A stretch of DNA of 64,000 nt from a virus (taxonomy: Duplodnaviria; Caudoviricetes). A model generated the notes under the pieces. The model made no database searches and was not told the origin of the DNA. It saw nothing but the letters and a program-made list of their open reading frames with translations. The translations under genes and the position numbers were made by a program. The stretch is taken from IMG/VR virus record IMGVR_UViG_3300037790_000129, positions 3,502 to 67,501 of that record, one strand, 5' to 3'. Of this stretch, positions 54,417-63,598 are shown piece after piece (within the stretch, counting starts at the first letter, position 1; every line of letters begins with the position of its first letter).

Positions 54417-55478
54417 TTATTGATTTTCTGAATTAAAGTAAACAAGGTAATAATACATTTGACGTTCTTCATCCCAACCCTTCTCGATGTATTTTTGAGC
54501 GCTTTCCGGGTTGATAAAGTCCATTTTTATAGTTACATTCGTATCTAGCTCTATTACGCTCTTAAACTTCTTCCTAGCGTTATTTACAGCTTGATTAGAA
54601 ACAGAAAACTCTGATATATCTTCAACTTTATATTTTGGCGCCTTCTCTTCTTTGTAGTTTTTGAACTCTGGAATTAAGCTAGGATTTTCAATAACCTCAT
54701 TTAAAAAAGAATCTTCTTGAAACTCATCATTACTAGCAAAATGGTTTACCGCACGATTCATAAACATAATCTCTTCTTGCTTATCTTCTGCCGGAAGCAC
54801 TACGTTTTTAGCGAAATCTCTACAAAAATCTAAATAGTTTTTAGTGTAAAAATTAGCATCTTCTGCTTCTTGCAGTCCTAAGAAATTTTCTAACCAATAC
54901 TTAGTATCGTATTTGTTTTGATCTATGGTTAGTATGCGATAACCATCTTCTTTTTCTGTATTAAAAATTATGGCCCCTTTATCTAGCTTTTGTAGGTTTA
55001 CGCCTTTTTGAAGTATTGCTTTTATTTGGTCCGGCTCATCTTTAAATTGAAGGAAGTCTTGTTTTATTTCTGATTTGAATATCCCAATTCCGTTTACTCG
55101 TTCGTTATCAAACATCATATTTTCTAAATAACAAACATAAAGCTCTCCCGATTTAATGTGAGGGTGGTTAGCTTGATTGTATAAATGCTTTGCAATTATT
55201 TTAGAGGTTATGTCTAGAGAAGTTGGATAAGATCCATCTAAGGCGTTATTAATAGCTGTGTGAATTTCATTAAACTCTAAATCAACCTCGTGAGTAAATT
55301 TATAATAATACTCTTCTTTTTCTCTAAAAGCTTTTAGGAAATATTCTTTGAGTAGGGAGTGCATTTCATCATCTAAAGCATAAGGTTTTTCTGATAAAAT
55401 TAATTCTTCGTTTCTTGATTTGTTTCCAACTTTATGAAGGAACATTTCTTCGATTTGAGTAGCATACAAGTTAATCAT
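54417..55478 (-). CDS. Nucleoid-associated protein (NdpA/YejK-like, flavobacterial type)
   Basis: HKVGNKSRNE, NHPHIKSGELYV, IGIFKSE, KLDKGAIIFN, YWLENFL motifs. Confidence 0.82.
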   Translation of the reverse strand: MINLYATQIEEMFLHKVGNKSRNEELILSEKPYALDDEMHSLLKEYFLKAFREKEEYYYKFTHEVDLEFNEIHTAINNALDGSYPTSLDITSKIIAKHLYNQANHPHIKSGELYVCYLENMMFDNERVNGIGIFKSEIKQDFLQFKDEPDQIKAILQKGVNLQKLDKGAIIFNTEKEDGYRILTIDQNKYDTKYWLENFLGLQEAEDANFYTKNYLDFCRDFAKNVVLPAEDKQEEIMFMNRAVNHFASNDEFQEDSFLNEVIENPSLIPEFKNYKEEKAPKYKVEDISEFSVSNQAVNNARKKFKSVIELDTNVTIKMDFINPESAQKYIEKGWDEERQMYYYLVYFNSENQ

Positions 55479-55530
55479 AGTGTATGGATTTTAATTATTA
55501 AAAATTGATTGAATATTAATTAATGGTTTT

Positions 55531-56295
55531 TTATTCTCGAAAACTTTCACCTCTCCACGGGATTATATTAAACATTTCAGGTAATCGATCTCCAATTCGC
55601 TCTCCGTATCGGTTTGCTATTTCTGAAGGCTTGTGGTTGGTAGTTACAAAAGTTTGAGTTATAATATTTTTTCTTTCGCCTTTGGAATATAACCTAGTTT
55701 CTTCTGTGAAATTTCTATAGCGTTCAAACAAAAGTTCTCCAAAAATTTCTGTTTTGTTAAACGCTTTTTTCTCAAAACCTAGATCATCGATATAGAGTTT
55801 TCCTTTGTAAAACTTCTTCAATTGAAAGGTAGAACTGGGGTCTTTGGTTGATTCCATGTACTGATCTACAAAGGATCCTGCGGATATGCAATTGAACCAA
55901 ATATCTGTGCAATTAACCTTGGTTGCTAGTTCTTTGCCTACTAGATGCAAGGTGCTAAATAATTGTGTTTTACCCACTCCGTAATCTCCGTAAAGCAAAA
56001 TTCCTTTATCAAGACTAGGTTTGTTATTTATCAAGCCAAATTCATTGAAGCTTTCATCTTTTAGAAAATATTTGAAAATTGTAAAAAGCACTTGTTCGTT
56101 TTCTAGGGTTACCTGATAATCTTTAGGCATGTGCTTTTTAAACAGTTTCCAGAATATTGTTTTATCTAAAACAAAATCGTTGGTTTGTATGGGTTTTCCG
56201 TATGGTTTATATACCTGATGTTCTTGTTTTAAATCTTTTTTTCCTTTTTTTAAACGGCTAAGGTTTTCAACCGCTTTTCTTATTGAATTTGCCAT
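55531..56295 (-). CDS. DnaC/IstB-like AAA+ ATPase (helicase loader)
   Basis: Walker A GDYGVGKT, Walker B LYIDDLG, TTN, YGERIGDRL.EMFN. Confidence 0.85.
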   Translation of the reverse strand: MANSIRKAVENLSRLKKGKKDLKQEHQVYKPYGKPIQTNDFVLDKTIFWKLFKKHMPKDYQVTLENEQVLFTIFKYFLKDESFNEFGLINNKPSLDKGILLYGDYGVGKTQLFSTLHLVGKELATKVNCTDIWFNCISAGSFVDQYMESTKDPSSTFQLKKFYKGKLYIDDLGFEKKAFNKTEIFGELLFERYRNFTEETRLYSKGERKNIITQTFVTTNHKPSEIANRYGERIGDRLPEMFNIIPWRGESFRE

Positions 56296-57164
56296 TAGTC
56301 GTCGTATTTAGATATTTTTTGAATTACTTTTTCATTCATTTCTGTTTTCAGTTCTGATGAATTTTTTTTAGGAGATTTATCCCAGTTTGCCAAAAGCTTC
56401 TGTAAGCGTTTCTTCATCAACTTTGGGTTATCGGTGATTTCTTCTTTCTCTACCGCGTACTCAAAATTAGCTTTAAAAATTTCCCAGTTAGGAATTAGTC
56501 TGCGATTGTTCATTTCAAAAGTTTCTATCCAAGACGGGGAATCTTCTTTTAAAATTTGATAAGCTGTTTTTTCTTCTCCCGAACCCTCTTCTTTTTCTAT
56601 ATCTATATTTACATCTTCATTTGCATCTCCATGTTGCGTTCGCAATATATGCGTATCGCTTAGCGATACGCTACTTGTATTTTTATTTAGTTGTGATAAG
56701 AAGTTATTTAAGAAATCATATATAGATCTTTTTCTTTTTTCATTGTCGGGTATTCCGTAAAAAGCAACCCCTTTATTAAAGGCCTTTTTAAGCTCTCTCT
56801 CCTCTGTAATACTTAGTTTGGTAGCTTTTATGAAGTTGCCGAAAACAGCTAATACTGATTTTTTTATTGCGCCAGATTTTCTTTCTGCTTGTACTTTTGC
56901 TAGTTTTTTGTTGTATAATTTCCCTTCGCTTAGCGATTCAAATTTACTCGCTAAGCGTAACGCCCAGATCTTTTTAAAAGTTTCGAATTCAGAATATTTT
57001 ACTCGGGCCACTTGAGCGATACTTTCTTCATCTTGGGGTATGTAACCATTACCCGCTTGAAAAATTAATAATCTTATGTACCAACCAATTGCATTTGACT
57101 CCCAATCTGCGGTATCATTATCGAAATCTTTATAATAAAATAAAAAAGCTGGATCTTGTGCCAT
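56295..57164 (-). CDS. Phage replication initiator (DUF1376/YdaU-like N-terminus)
   Basis: DPAFLFY..DF..DT......IG.YIRLL..Q...G.IP; upstream of the loader. Confidence 0.75.
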   Translation of the reverse strand: MAQDPAFLFYYKDFDNDTADWESNAIGWYIRLLIFQAGNGYIPQDEESIAQVARVKYSEFETFKKIWALRLASKFESLSEGKLYNKKLAKVQAERKSGAIKKSVLAVFGNFIKATKLSITEERELKKAFNKGVAFYGIPDNEKRKRSIYDFLNNFLSQLNKNTSSVSLSDTHILRTQHGDANEDVNIDIEKEEGSGEEKTAYQILKEDSPSWIETFEMNNRRLIPNWEIFKANFEYAVEKEEITDNPKLMKKRLQKLLANWDKSPKKNSSELKTEMNEKVIQKISKYDD

Positions 57165-57165
57165 G

Positions 57166-57669
57166 TTACGAATGTATTTGGTTAGGTTTTGGAAGCATTT
57201 TAACTATAGCTTCTACTCTTGTTTGTACAATTTCAAATTGATCTTCGGGGATCTTATTTAAGGTTTGTACAATAGGCATTAAATAAGGTTTAAGATTGGT
57301 TTCTTGTAGATTGAAAATCTCTCTTTCCAATTTTAAAATCACATCTCTTAATTTGTCGCTTTCTAATATATCTCCCTCATAGCTTTTTCCTGAAAAAATT
57401 AATTTTAGGCGGTTAAACACTTTATTGTAGTGATTATAATCGTTTATGTATCCGTCTAATTCTTTAAGTCCATTATTTACAGAAGAGTGGTTTCTATTAA
57501 CAAGGCGAGCTATATTTTCGTAAGACTTATTGGTATAGATGGTAGCGAAATGAAAATACATATATCTAGCAACCACGAAATCGCGTTTTCTTGTTGGGTT
57601 AGATATATCTTTTACTCCCATATGGGTTTCTACTTTGAATTTAATTACTTCTAATTCTATGGTTTTCAT
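57166..57669 (-). CDS. Stand-alone DnaA domain-IV-like HTH protein
   Basis: TRKRDFVVARYMYF......SY..IA..VNRNHSSV. Confidence 0.7.
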   Translation of the reverse strand: MKTIELEVIKFKVETHMGVKDISNPTRKRDFVVARYMYFHFATIYTNKSYENIARLVNRNHSSVNNGLKELDGYINDYNHYNKVFNRLKLIFSGKSYEGDILESDKLRDVILKLEREIFNLQETNLKPYLMPIVQTLNKIPEDQFEIVQTRVEAIVKMLPKPNQIHS

Positions 57670-57728
57670 AAAAAATAAGTATGTTTGTATTAGTGTATGG
57701 ATTAGGCCCCTTTTGGGGCTTTTTCTTT

Positions 57729-58136
57729 TTAAAATGGTAAATCGTCATTATCTTCTTCCAGTCCAGGTTGTTGTGGATGCTGCGCGTTATGACTATTTTC
57801 GTTTTTACTACTGTTGATCTTAACTTGGTTTACAAAAAACTCATTAGAATATCTAGTAGTTCCATCTTTGGCTTCGTATGGTCTTGAGCTATATTCAGTT
57901 TCTACGATTATTGATGTTCCTTTTGGAATATATTTATCGAATATATCGGCAACATTGTTACGGGCCACTAGATTTATCCACGTAGTTGTGGTTTGTTTTT
58001 GGCCTTCTTTGTCTTTGTAGGATTTATTTACTGCTAAAGGAATTCTACCTAGCTTGTTGCCGTTGTCAAAATTGGTTATTTTAACGTTATCTCCGGTATA
58101 GCCTACAAATCGGCAACTATTTTCAATTCTACTCAT
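57729..58136 (-). CDS. ssb: Single-stranded DNA-binding protein
   Basis: OB-fold LAVN..Y...T.WI......A....KG....VE....R.Y; acidic DDLPF tail. Confidence 0.9.
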   Translation of the reverse strand: MSRIENSCRFVGYTGDNVKITNFDNGNKLGRIPLAVNKSYKDKEGQKQTTTTWINLVARNNVADIFDKYIPKGTSIIVETEYSSRPYEAKDGTTRYSNEFFVNQVKINSSKNENSHNAQHPQQPGLEEDNDDLPF

Positions 58137-58137
58137 A

Positions 58138-58335
58138 TTACTTGTTTTTGAAATACATCACAGTATTAATAGTAGGTCTAATGGTTATTTTCTTTTCTAC
58201 TACTAATTCTTCTAGTATGGGTTTTAATTCGTTTAAATGGAATCCGCAATGACCTTGAGATTCTTGGTGTTTCTTTTCTATTAGGTATAGGAAAGTTTTT
58301 TTTAGTTCTTGTTTTTCTTCATCTGTAAAAATCAT
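58138..58335 (-). CDS. Small hypothetical protein (wHTH-like)
   Basis: 65-aa ORF in operon. Confidence 0.5.
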   Translation of the reverse strand: MIFTDEEKQELKKTFLYLIEKKHQESQGHCGFHLNELKPILEELVVEKKITIRPTINTVMYFKNK

Positions 58336-59063
58336 TAAAAAGGATCTTTGTTAAAATCTACTTCTATTCCGTTATTAGCTACGGTTACTTTTTTTCCAAG
58401 TCTTGAGATACGTTGTTGAAATTCTCTTTCATTACTATTTAAATCTGATAAATGAATGAGAACAATGTTTCTAACTTTTCTAAGGTTGTTTAATTTTAAA
58501 TGCTCTTCGCAAGTATCTATTGACATGTGCGATTGCAAAATTCTATCTCTTAAAAACTCTCTTTGATTAAGTTTCTGTTTTGCTATTTCTGGGCAATAGT
58601 TAGCTTCAATTATAAAATGATTGATGTCGTTAAATATGTATGGGCAGTAAGCTGTATCTGTTAGAAAAACTATATTTCCGCTATCTGGGTGAAAAATTTG
58701 AAAACCAACACAAGGAACATCGTGAACAACCTCAAAAGCCATTATTTTAAAATTACCAACTTTAAATTTTTTTAATGGTGTTATGTTTTTTTGTCTGTGA
58801 TTGGAAACAGATTTTACAGTTTTCTCAAATACGCGCGGAATAGCATATACATTTATTCCACTTTTCATAACTTCATTGATTGACTTGCTATGATCTGAAT
58901 GTTCGTGAGTAATTAGTGCTCCTGCTACTTTTCTAAGGTTGAAATTTAATGCTTTTTTAATGTCATTAAAATTCACCCCACATTCAATTAAAAGGCTCTC
59001 ATCTTTATTCTCAAGAATATAGCAATTCCCCTTACTACCCGTGCCGACTATTTTTAATACCAT
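58335..59063 (-). CDS. MBL-fold metallohydrolase (YycJ-like nuclease)
   Basis: GTGSKGN, THEHSDH, HD, TDT, EANY, SHMS and LIHLS motifs. Confidence 0.9.
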   Translation of the reverse strand: MVLKIVGTGSKGNCYILENKDESLLIECGVNFNDIKKALNFNLRKVAGALITHEHSDHSKSINEVMKSGINVYAIPRVFEKTVKSVSNHRQKNITPLKKFKVGNFKIMAFEVVHDVPCVGFQIFHPDSGNIVFLTDTAYCPYIFNDINHFIIEANYCPEIAKQKLNQREFLRDRILQSHMSIDTCEEHLKLNNLRKVRNIVLIHLSDLNSNEREFQQRISRLGKKVTVANNGIEVDFNKDPF

Positions 59064-59981
59064 TTAAAAATTAGGTTGTTTTTTGGTTTCCTCTTCTATT
59101 GCTTGATCGTGAAGTTTTTGCATTTCTTCATCTGAAAGTTTTTTTTCAGCGATTTGTTTTGGTTGAACCTCTTCGTGTTCAGCATCTTCAACATCATTAA
59201 AATCTAAACTTTGTTTGTTAGCTTTAGTTTCTTTTTGATGGTTTAAATGCGCTTCTGAAACGGTTTCTTCTGGTATATCTTCTTCGTACAAATCAGAATC
59301 ATCTGAACTATTTATAATTCCTTTACAAGCACGATTAATAACTGTTTTTTTACACATTTCTCCTGCGAAATTTTTATGTGCAGGTGAATTTCCTTTTGCG
59401 GCCCCTTGTTGCCAAGACTTTCGAATGTCATTTATAGTCATAATCTCGGCATAAGTGCTGCCATCGTTCATTTTCACTACGGCATAAGCTCCTTTTATCT
59501 CACCGTCTAAAGATTCTAAAGTTTGATCGTGTTGAGTAACGTGTTTTTTACCTTCAGTTGGATCGAGTTTAAAAGCAAACTTATCACCTTGGTATATAAC
59601 TACCGCTTTAATATCTTTCATACCTTGGCGCTTTGCTAAAAGAATTGAGCCTTGGTATTCTCTTTGAAATATTAATTTTGAACCATACGCCACGAATGAT
59701 CCTTGATCCTTTTGGGTGTTTAAGCCTTGAGTAATCATTTTAAGTACTGCATTTGCTATACTTTGTTTTGAACATACTTGTAGTACTGGCTTACCGTCTT
59801 TTGTTGTGGTTTCTTGAAGAGTTAACCAAGCTGCTCGCGCAGCATTTTCTGCGGAGTAGTTTTTAGGGAATTTCATATTCCCTTCTTCTAGATTTTGAAT
59901 TCTTTCGATTATAACATCAAAAGTTGATTCGGCCATTTGAGCCGGCTTGTTACTTGTTTTTACGGGTGTGTTTGTTGCCAT
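59064..59981 (-). CDS. recT: RecT-family single-strand annealing protein
   Basis: SI.NA.L....GL......YG..L.FQ..Y.G...LAKR; W...F..EM.KKTVI.RA. Confidence 0.88.
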   Translation of the reverse strand: MATNTPVKTSNKPAQMAESTFDVIIERIQNLEEGNMKFPKNYSAENAARAAWLTLQETTTKDGKPVLQVCSKQSIANAVLKMITQGLNTQKDQGSFVAYGSKLIFQREYQGSILLAKRQGMKDIKAVVIYQGDKFAFKLDPTEGKKHVTQHDQTLESLDGEIKGAYAVVKMNDGSTYAEIMTINDIRKSWQQGAAKGNSPAHKNFAGEMCKKTVINRACKGIINSSDDSDLYEEDIPEETVSEAHLNHQKETKANKQSLDFNDVEDAEHEEVQPKQIAEKKLSDEEMQKLHDQAIEEETKKQPNF

Positions 59982-59991
59982 CGTAATTAAT

Positions 59992-62001
59992 TTATTCTAT
60001 TCTTAATTTTTTATCTTTTTTGCTAACTATTAATTTTATGATCTGGGTATCTGTCGGTAAAAATTTAGTTATACTCTCTGCGTTATCTATGAAAACTGGT
60101 GCCGAAACTTGATAGTGATTTGATAGCACATTAATAATATCTATACCGGCATTTATTTTTGATGCGGTGTTTAAATCTGCGAATGGTACGCCATCTATTG
60201 TAGCTTTACAAGTAGGTATTTCGCCACCGTTAACTTGGGTTTCAAACAATTGAAACTTCACTAATTCAAATCGGTTATTAACCAAATCTTCTAGCGCTGT
60301 ATCTTTTGATTTATTAAATCTCTCAATAACAAATTGATCTTTTTCTAGGTTTACAATTGTTTGGGCCAATTCAGCTTCTGAATCTGATAACTCTTTTATT
60401 CTTTCATCTGCTTTCTTGATTAGTTGTTCATCATCAAGCTTTTTATTGAGTTTTTCAATTTCGTTTTCGTGTTGAAGTTTAAGTTCTTCAAGTTCTTGAG
60501 TGTCAACTTTTTTAACATCGCTAAGCGAGTTGTTAAGTGAAGTAATTTCCTTTTTTAGTTTAGCGTATTCTTTATTGTTAGATAGTTCTTCAACAACAAT
60601 TTCTTCTAAGGTTTTTTGATTTTTAATTGATTCTTTTTCTTTCTCTATTTTCTGTAATAAAGATTGGTATTCTTCCTTCTGATCAGCTATAACCTTTTCA
60701 CCTTTTTTGATGTTTTCGCTAAACTTATTTTTCATTTCTTGGTTTTTAGAAATGATCTTTTTGTTTGCTTGACCTTTTAATTCAATTGAATCTAATTGGC
60801 TTATTTTTTCTTGGGTGAAATTTTTTTCTAACTCTTGTTTTTTAGCTTCTACATCATCTGAATCATAGGTTCTTTTACAAGTAGGGCATTTAAGTTCTTC
60901 ATCATCAATCTTAAATTCTTTTGTGTTAACTTGATGCCATTGCTTTCGAATAGCATCATTATCTTCGTTGTATTTTTTTATTTCATCAACAACATTTTGA
61001 AGCTTAGTTTGTAGTGTTTCTAAGGCTTTTTGGTTATCTGAAATTTCACTTGATAATTTTTCTTCTTTAGTTTCTAACTCCTCTAGGGTAGCAGTTACGT
61101 TATTTACTTTTTCTTTAGCTTTTAATTTAGCCTTGTGCTTAATATCGCTAAGCTGCTCTTCTAGCTTTTGAATTTTATTCAGCGTATTTGTGCGCTCATC
61201 ATTAAGCTTTTTTTGCGCCTTTGATTTGTCTGCAATTTGATCTTGAATTGATTTAAGTTCTTTTTTATTTGCAGCAATATCAATTCGCACATCATCAAAA
61301 TCAATAGCTTCAGGTTTATTAAAATCTACTTCATCTATTCTAGTAGGAATAGCGTTAAGCTCTTTTTTTGATTTAGCTATAGAAGCTTTAAGTTGTTTCT
61401 CATATTCCTCTAATGTTATATCACTAAGTTTTGAGAATAACGCCTTAAACTCGGGATCTGATTTAATTAATTCATCTTCGTTAATACCGCCCGAAATATT
61501 AAGTAGTACTTTGCGTTGTTTGTCTTTATGTAGCGCATTAAAAGCGTATGGAGAAGTAATAAGTTTGAATACCTCTTCATCTACCATATCATTTATTTTG
61601 GCAGCATAATCTCTGGCCGTCATAGGAACATCGTTCCAGTAATACAATGTTTCGTGGCCTTTAAATGTAGGTTCAAGTGAGCCGCGAGTTTTAGACCATT
61701 TTTCTCTGTAAACCCTTTTTAAAGTTACTTTTTGATCGTTGATTAAAAGTTTAGCTTCAACGCTATGATCTATTTTGGGTATCTCTTTTCCAGTTTCTTT
61801 TTCAATGGTTTTTATTCCGAATTGGTTTCGATCTGTTGAATCTTTACCAAAAAGCGTCCATATAAAAGAATCGAACAATGAGGTTTTTCCGGTTCCGTTA
61901 TCACCGAAAATACTAATTTCTTTATTTCCTAGTTGAGCTTTGAATTTTCTAACCCCTTTGAAATTTACAACTGTTAATTCTTGTAATGTTATTTGCTTCA
62001 T
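59992..62001 (-). CDS. Rad50/SbcC-like ABC ATPase with a long coiled coil
   Basis: Walker A GDNGTGKT, central CPTC zinc hook, LNTAS signature variant, Walker B FIDNAE. Confidence 0.85.
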   Translation of the reverse strand: MKQITLQELTVVNFKGVRKFKAQLGNKEISIFGDNGTGKTSLFDSFIWTLFGKDSTDRNQFGIKTIEKETGKEIPKIDHSVEAKLLINDQKVTLKRVYREKWSKTRGSLEPTFKGHETLYYWNDVPMTARDYAAKINDMVDEEVFKLITSPYAFNALHKDKQRKVLLNISGGINEDELIKSDPEFKALFSKLSDITLEEYEKQLKASIAKSKKELNAIPTRIDEVDFNKPEAIDFDDVRIDIAANKKELKSIQDQIADKSKAQKKLNDERTNTLNKIQKLEEQLSDIKHKAKLKAKEKVNNVTATLEELETKEEKLSSEISDNQKALETLQTKLQNVVDEIKKYNEDNDAIRKQWHQVNTKEFKIDDEELKCPTCKRTYDSDDVEAKKQELEKNFTQEKISQLDSIELKGQANKKIISKNQEMKNKFSENIKKGEKVIADQKEEYQSLLQKIEKEKESIKNQKTLEEIVVEELSNNKEYAKLKKEITSLNNSLSDVKKVDTQELEELKLQHENEIEKLNKKLDDEQLIKKADERIKELSDSEAELAQTIVNLEKDQFVIERFNKSKDTALEDLVNNRFELVKFQLFETQVNGGEIPTCKATIDGVPFADLNTASKINAGIDIINVLSNHYQVSAPVFIDNAESITKFLPTDTQIIKLIVSKKDKKLRIE

Positions 62002-62246
62002 AATTCAATAGATTGAAGGTTGTTATGGGTCTGGATTGATTGATTGAATCTTTGGGCCGCAATTGATCTACATTGCTCTATATCTTGATCATTAACTAAC
62101 CAAAACACATTGTTGCGCTTATCGATTATGATATTCGTTCGGTTTGGGGAATAGTCATTAGGTAGCTGAATGAATTTTTTTTGCTTTAACGCTTGTGCAT
62201 CTTCGGCCTTGGCATTTTGTAAAATGCAATAAATACTATTGCTCAT
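61998..62246 (-). CDS. Hypothetical protein
   Basis: 82-aa ORF. Confidence 0.5.
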   Translation of the reverse strand: MSNSIYCILQNAKAEDAQALKQKKFIQLPNDYSPNRTNIIIDKRNNVFWLVNDQDIEQCRSIAAQRFNQSIQTHNNLQSIEL

Positions 62247-62532
62247 AATTATTGATGTATTTAATTAACTCGGATTTTTTTATAGCTACAAACCTTTCAT
62301 CTTTAACGAACTTAATTTTACCATCTCGAAGTCTATTATCTAAAGATCTAATGTTTATCTTTAGGAAGTCTGCGGCTTCTTGACGTGTAAGTACTTCTTC
62401 TTGAATATGCTTTTGTTTTGTTTTATGGTTGACTTCTTTTAATCGATCATCAACCATTTGTTTTAACAACTCTTTCATTTTTGAAAAGAACTCTTCCTGA
62501 TCAATACTTTCTACTTGAAACACTTTTGCCAT
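62236..62532 (-). CDS. Excisionase-like HTH_17 DNA-binding protein
   Basis: LTRQEAADFLKINIRSL....RDGKI. Confidence 0.78.
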   Translation of the reverse strand: MAKVFQVESIDQEEFFSKMKELLKQMVDDRLKEVNHKTKQKHIQEEVLTRQEAADFLKINIRSLDNRLRDGKIKFVKDERFVAIKKSELIKYINNYEQ

Positions 62533-62543
62533 TTTTCAAAAAA

Positions 62544-62801
62544 TTATAAGTTTCTAACTTGTTTGTACGCTTTAATAAAGTCGAGAGTAATATCTCTACT
62601 CTCTTTTTTAATAGTGGCTAATAGATCCGAAAGGATCTGTTCGTTTTTCCTACCATCATTAAGGATATTGTAAATGTTTTGTTTTGAACAATTAAAAGAT
62701 TTACAAACTCTAGCTTTGGTTCCAGGAGGTGCTAACTCCCAAGCTTTTTTAACCGTGTTAAGTAGCGAGGTTTGGGTACTTGTTTTTTTACCTAAAAGCA
62801 T
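62544..62801 (-). CDS. Cro-like HTH protein
   Basis: KARVCKSFNCSKQNIYNIL; first gene of the leftward operon, divergent from the repressor. Confidence 0.6.
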   Translation of the reverse strand: MLLGKKTSTQTSLLNTVKKAWELAPPGTKARVCKSFNCSKQNIYNILNDGRKNEQILSDLLATIKKESRDITLDFIKAYKQVRNL

Positions 62802-62874
62802 TAATGTTGTTTTAATTAACTATATTCTAGTTGAGTAAAGGCTTATTTTTTAAATTTGTACTTTACATACAAGT

Positions 62875-62906
62875 CAAAAGTATAAACTAATGCAAACTAA
62901 AACAAA
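62875..62906 (-). promoter_or_regulatory. Lytic promoter of the cro operon, overlapped by AAACTWA repeats
   Basis: TTTG-N20-TACTTTTG; AAACTAA/AAACTAA/AAACTTA at 62884, 62894 and 62904 (10-bp period). Confidence 0.72.
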
Positions 62907-62992
62907 CTTAAAGCTTTAAAAAGTTAATTTAAGTTTCTATTTGTATTGATTATAAATTAACCACTATGTATGGTTAATCGTAAATCTTATAT

Positions 62993-63000
62993 TAAATTCG
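62993..63000 (+). promoter_or_regulatory. Repressor promoter -7 element (predicted leaderless mRNA)
   Basis: TAAATTCG ends 4 nt before ATG 63005; -33 element non-consensus and inside the IR TTAACCA-N7-TGGTTAA. Confidence 0.55.
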
Positions 63001-63004
63001 TATT

Positions 63005-63451
63005 ATGGAAACAAAGAATACAGGAAAATTATTTTTATGGCTTAAAGATTTGAAAGTCAAACATAAAGTTTCGTATAACGCAATGGCATCTGCTATTGGC
63101 TATACGGGGCCGGGAATTTCAAAAGCTATAAAAAAGGAAAGTTTATCTTTTAATCAGGTAAAAAAAATAGCTCAAGAAACAGGTTTTTCAGAGGATTTTA
63201 GCAATCTTTTTGAAACTGAATCAAACGAAAGTAAAGTTTCTGAAACTACTATGAGCTATGGTGAAAGTGATACAATAGAGGATAGAATAGCTAATCGGGT
63301 TGTAAATAAAATAAAGCCAATGCTAGAGAAGCTTTGTGGTGAAAATCTTGAGATCATTAAGTTATTGGCCGAACAAGCATTGGAATTAGATGAAATAAAA
63401 GATTTAGTTGAGCAAACTAAAGACAAAGTAGTAACTAAAAATAGTAACTAA
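63005..63451 (+). CDS. CI-like HTH repressor (no S24 peptidase seen)
   Basis: VSYNAMASAIGYT..GISKAIK N-terminal HTH; helical C-terminus. Confidence 0.7.
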   Translation: METKNTGKLFLWLKDLKVKHKVSYNAMASAIGYTGPGISKAIKKESLSFNQVKKIAQETGFSEDFSNLFETESNESKVSETTMSYGESDTIEDRIANRVVNKIKPMLEKLCGENLEIIKLLAEQALELDEIKDLVEQTKDKVVTKNSN

Positions 63452-63598
63452 CTCTTATTTAGAAAATCGATTATATCGATCATTTTATTAGGTATCTCTC
63501 TAATTTGTGATTTTAGCTTTTCTCTTATTATTTTACGTTCTTCTGCTGTGTAAAATTCTCGGTTCTCTTTATACCTTTTTAATTCTTCTAAAAAATTC

